The notes beneath the pieces are model-generated. The model searched no databases. It was not told the DNA's origin and saw only the letters and a program-made list of their open reading frames with translations. A DNA stretch of 63,125 nucleotides, counting the filler, from Reticulomyxa filosa (lineage: Eukaryota; Protista; Foraminifera), in the NCBI GenBank assembly GCA_000512085.1. It is 15 parts of 15 records of this genome, joined end to end, with 100 filler letters (N's around TTAATTAATTAA, not from the genome) between each part and the next. Parts side by side here need not be neighbours in the genome. Positions count along the whole stretch, not along the records: positions 60,175 to 63,125 come from ASPP01001757.1; 14 more parts are not named here. The stretch is one strand, 5' to 3'. The position numbers and the translations under genes were made by a program. The stretch's first letter is position 1. Every line of letters begins with the position of its first letter. This document shows, piece by piece, positions 63,096-63,125 of the stretch.

Positions 63096-63125
63096 TTAGG
63101 CTTTTTTTTTTTTTTTTTTTTTTTT

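Overview
AT-rich eukaryotic genomic DNA, not a continuous locus. It is 15 contigs joined by 14 artificial 100-nt linkers (N44-TTAATTAATTAA-N44). Short GT-AG introns full of poly-A/T and (TA)n, plus expanded FSPDG-type WD40, Kelch-like and NACHT families, suggest a protist draft genome, most likely the foraminiferan Reticulomyxa filosa (inference, not verified). Conserved-family genes: XRN 5'-3' exoribonuclease, Vps39/TGFBRAP1, AMSH/STAMBP deubiquitinase, UBC7/UBE2G E2, WDR6, G-protein beta-like, CAMKK-type kinase, GT47 exostosin, HVA22/REEP, GSKIP, BTB and DysF proteins. Two candidate undescribed systems stand out. (1) A five-exon, ~1,890-aa NLR-like STAND gene (8995-14979). Its N-terminus carries a leader ending in LVGG, a CUE-like helical domain, a 4-Cys module and a RelA/SpoT-synthetase-like nucleotidyltransferase, followed by NACHT, pentapeptide repeats and 16 WD40 repeats with variable surface positions. 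(2) A modular propeller family built around a 99-nt, phase-0/phase-0 exon that the ORF track mostly misses. It encodes a 33-aa W-x-[RK]-x-L-x-[IV]-x-LGWI-x-D-x-x-KI-x-x-KY box (three intact copies, one decayed) spliced onto variable 7-bladed WD40 propellers, preceded by either a 15-aa leader exon or a whole Kelch-like domain. Several genes, including conserved ones, carry 1-nt frameshifts that are probably sequencing errors.
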